Part shown: in pieces, positions 63,549 to 64,000 of the stretch
Layout: each line of letters starts with the position of its first letter
Position numbering within the stretch: position 1 is the stretch's first letter
Source: an uncultured Clostridia bacterium
GTDB taxonomy: Bacteria; Bacillota; Clostridia; Christensenellales; UBA1242
Length of the DNA: 64,000 nucleotides
Direction: 5' to 3'
Assembly: GCA_944384395.1 (NCBI GenBank)
Contig: CALWTD010000013.1
Span: forward strand, 21,888 to 85,887
Translations under genes and position numbers: made by a program
The notes under the pieces: generated by a model
What the model was told of the DNA's origin: nothing
What the model saw: only the letters and a program-made list of their open reading frames with translations
Database searches by the model: none

Positions 63549-64000
63549 ATGTTAAAAACATTAACAATAAAAAATTTCGCAATTATAGAAAATATAAGTC
63601 TAAGTTTTCACTTAGGCTTTAATGTTTTGATTGGAGAAACAGGAGCAGGTAAAAGCATTATTTTAGATGCATTAAATTTTGTACTTGGTGATAAACCTTC
63701 AAAAGATAATATTAGACATGGTTCAACCGAACTGAGTGTTAAAGCAGTTTTTGAAAATGTGTCAAACAATATAAAAGAAAAATTAAATGAATTTCAAATT
63801 GAGTGTGATGATATTTTAATTATTTCACGAAGTTTTAGTATTGAAGGAAAGTCAACATCTCTAATAAACGGAGAACCTGTAACTGTTTCAATGCTAAAAC
63901 AAATTGGAAACATGATTTTAGATTTTTATGGACAAAATGAAAGTGTTAGTATTTTAAATGTAAAAAATCATATAAAGATGTTAGATGCATATAAACCAAC
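63549..64000 (+). CDS. recN: DNA repair protein RecN (5' part, runs off the window)
   Basis: MLKTLTIKNFAIIE...LIGETGAGKSIILDAL; follows argR. Confidence 0.92.
   Translation, partial: MLKTLTIKNFAIIENISLSFHLGFNVLIGETGAGKSIILDALNFVLGDKPSKDNIRHGSTELSVKAVFENVSNNIKEKLNEFQIECDDILIISRSFSIEGKSTSLINGEPVTVSMLKQIGNMILDFYGQNESVSILNVKNHIKMLDAYKP

Overview
Low-GC core chromosome of a streamlined, spore-forming Clostridia-like Bacillota (taxonomy inferred from gene content). It holds ~65 mostly housekeeping genes: hisS/proS/metG, tRNA-Leu(CAA), mcsA-mcsB-clpC, nrdR-feoAB, der-plsY, pcrA-ligA, rpoZ-priA-def-fmt-rlmN-rsgA-rpe, rpsB-tsf-frr-uppS-cdsA-rseP, rimP-nusA-infB-rbfA-truB, efp-spoIIIAA-AH, nusB-xseAB and argR-recN. 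Highlights the ORF track does not explain: (1) a ~570-nt OLE RNA plus oapA at 61.4-62.8 kb, with its own promoter and terminator, kept although the usual ispA/dxs neighbours are absent; (2) a PolC-derived protein at the polC locus with N-terminal, OB and 3'-5' exonuclease domains but no PHP or polymerase core; (3) a tandem ~120-bp double-hairpin repeat with compensatory changes directly downstream of tRNA-Leu; (4) a 26-aa SpoVM missed by the ORF caller; (5) a membrane HAMP-cyclase with degenerate catalytic residues; (6) an Xre/SLOG divergent pair with palindromic operators. No CRISPR array, integrase or transposase was seen. All family assignments come from motif recognition and synteny, not database searches.
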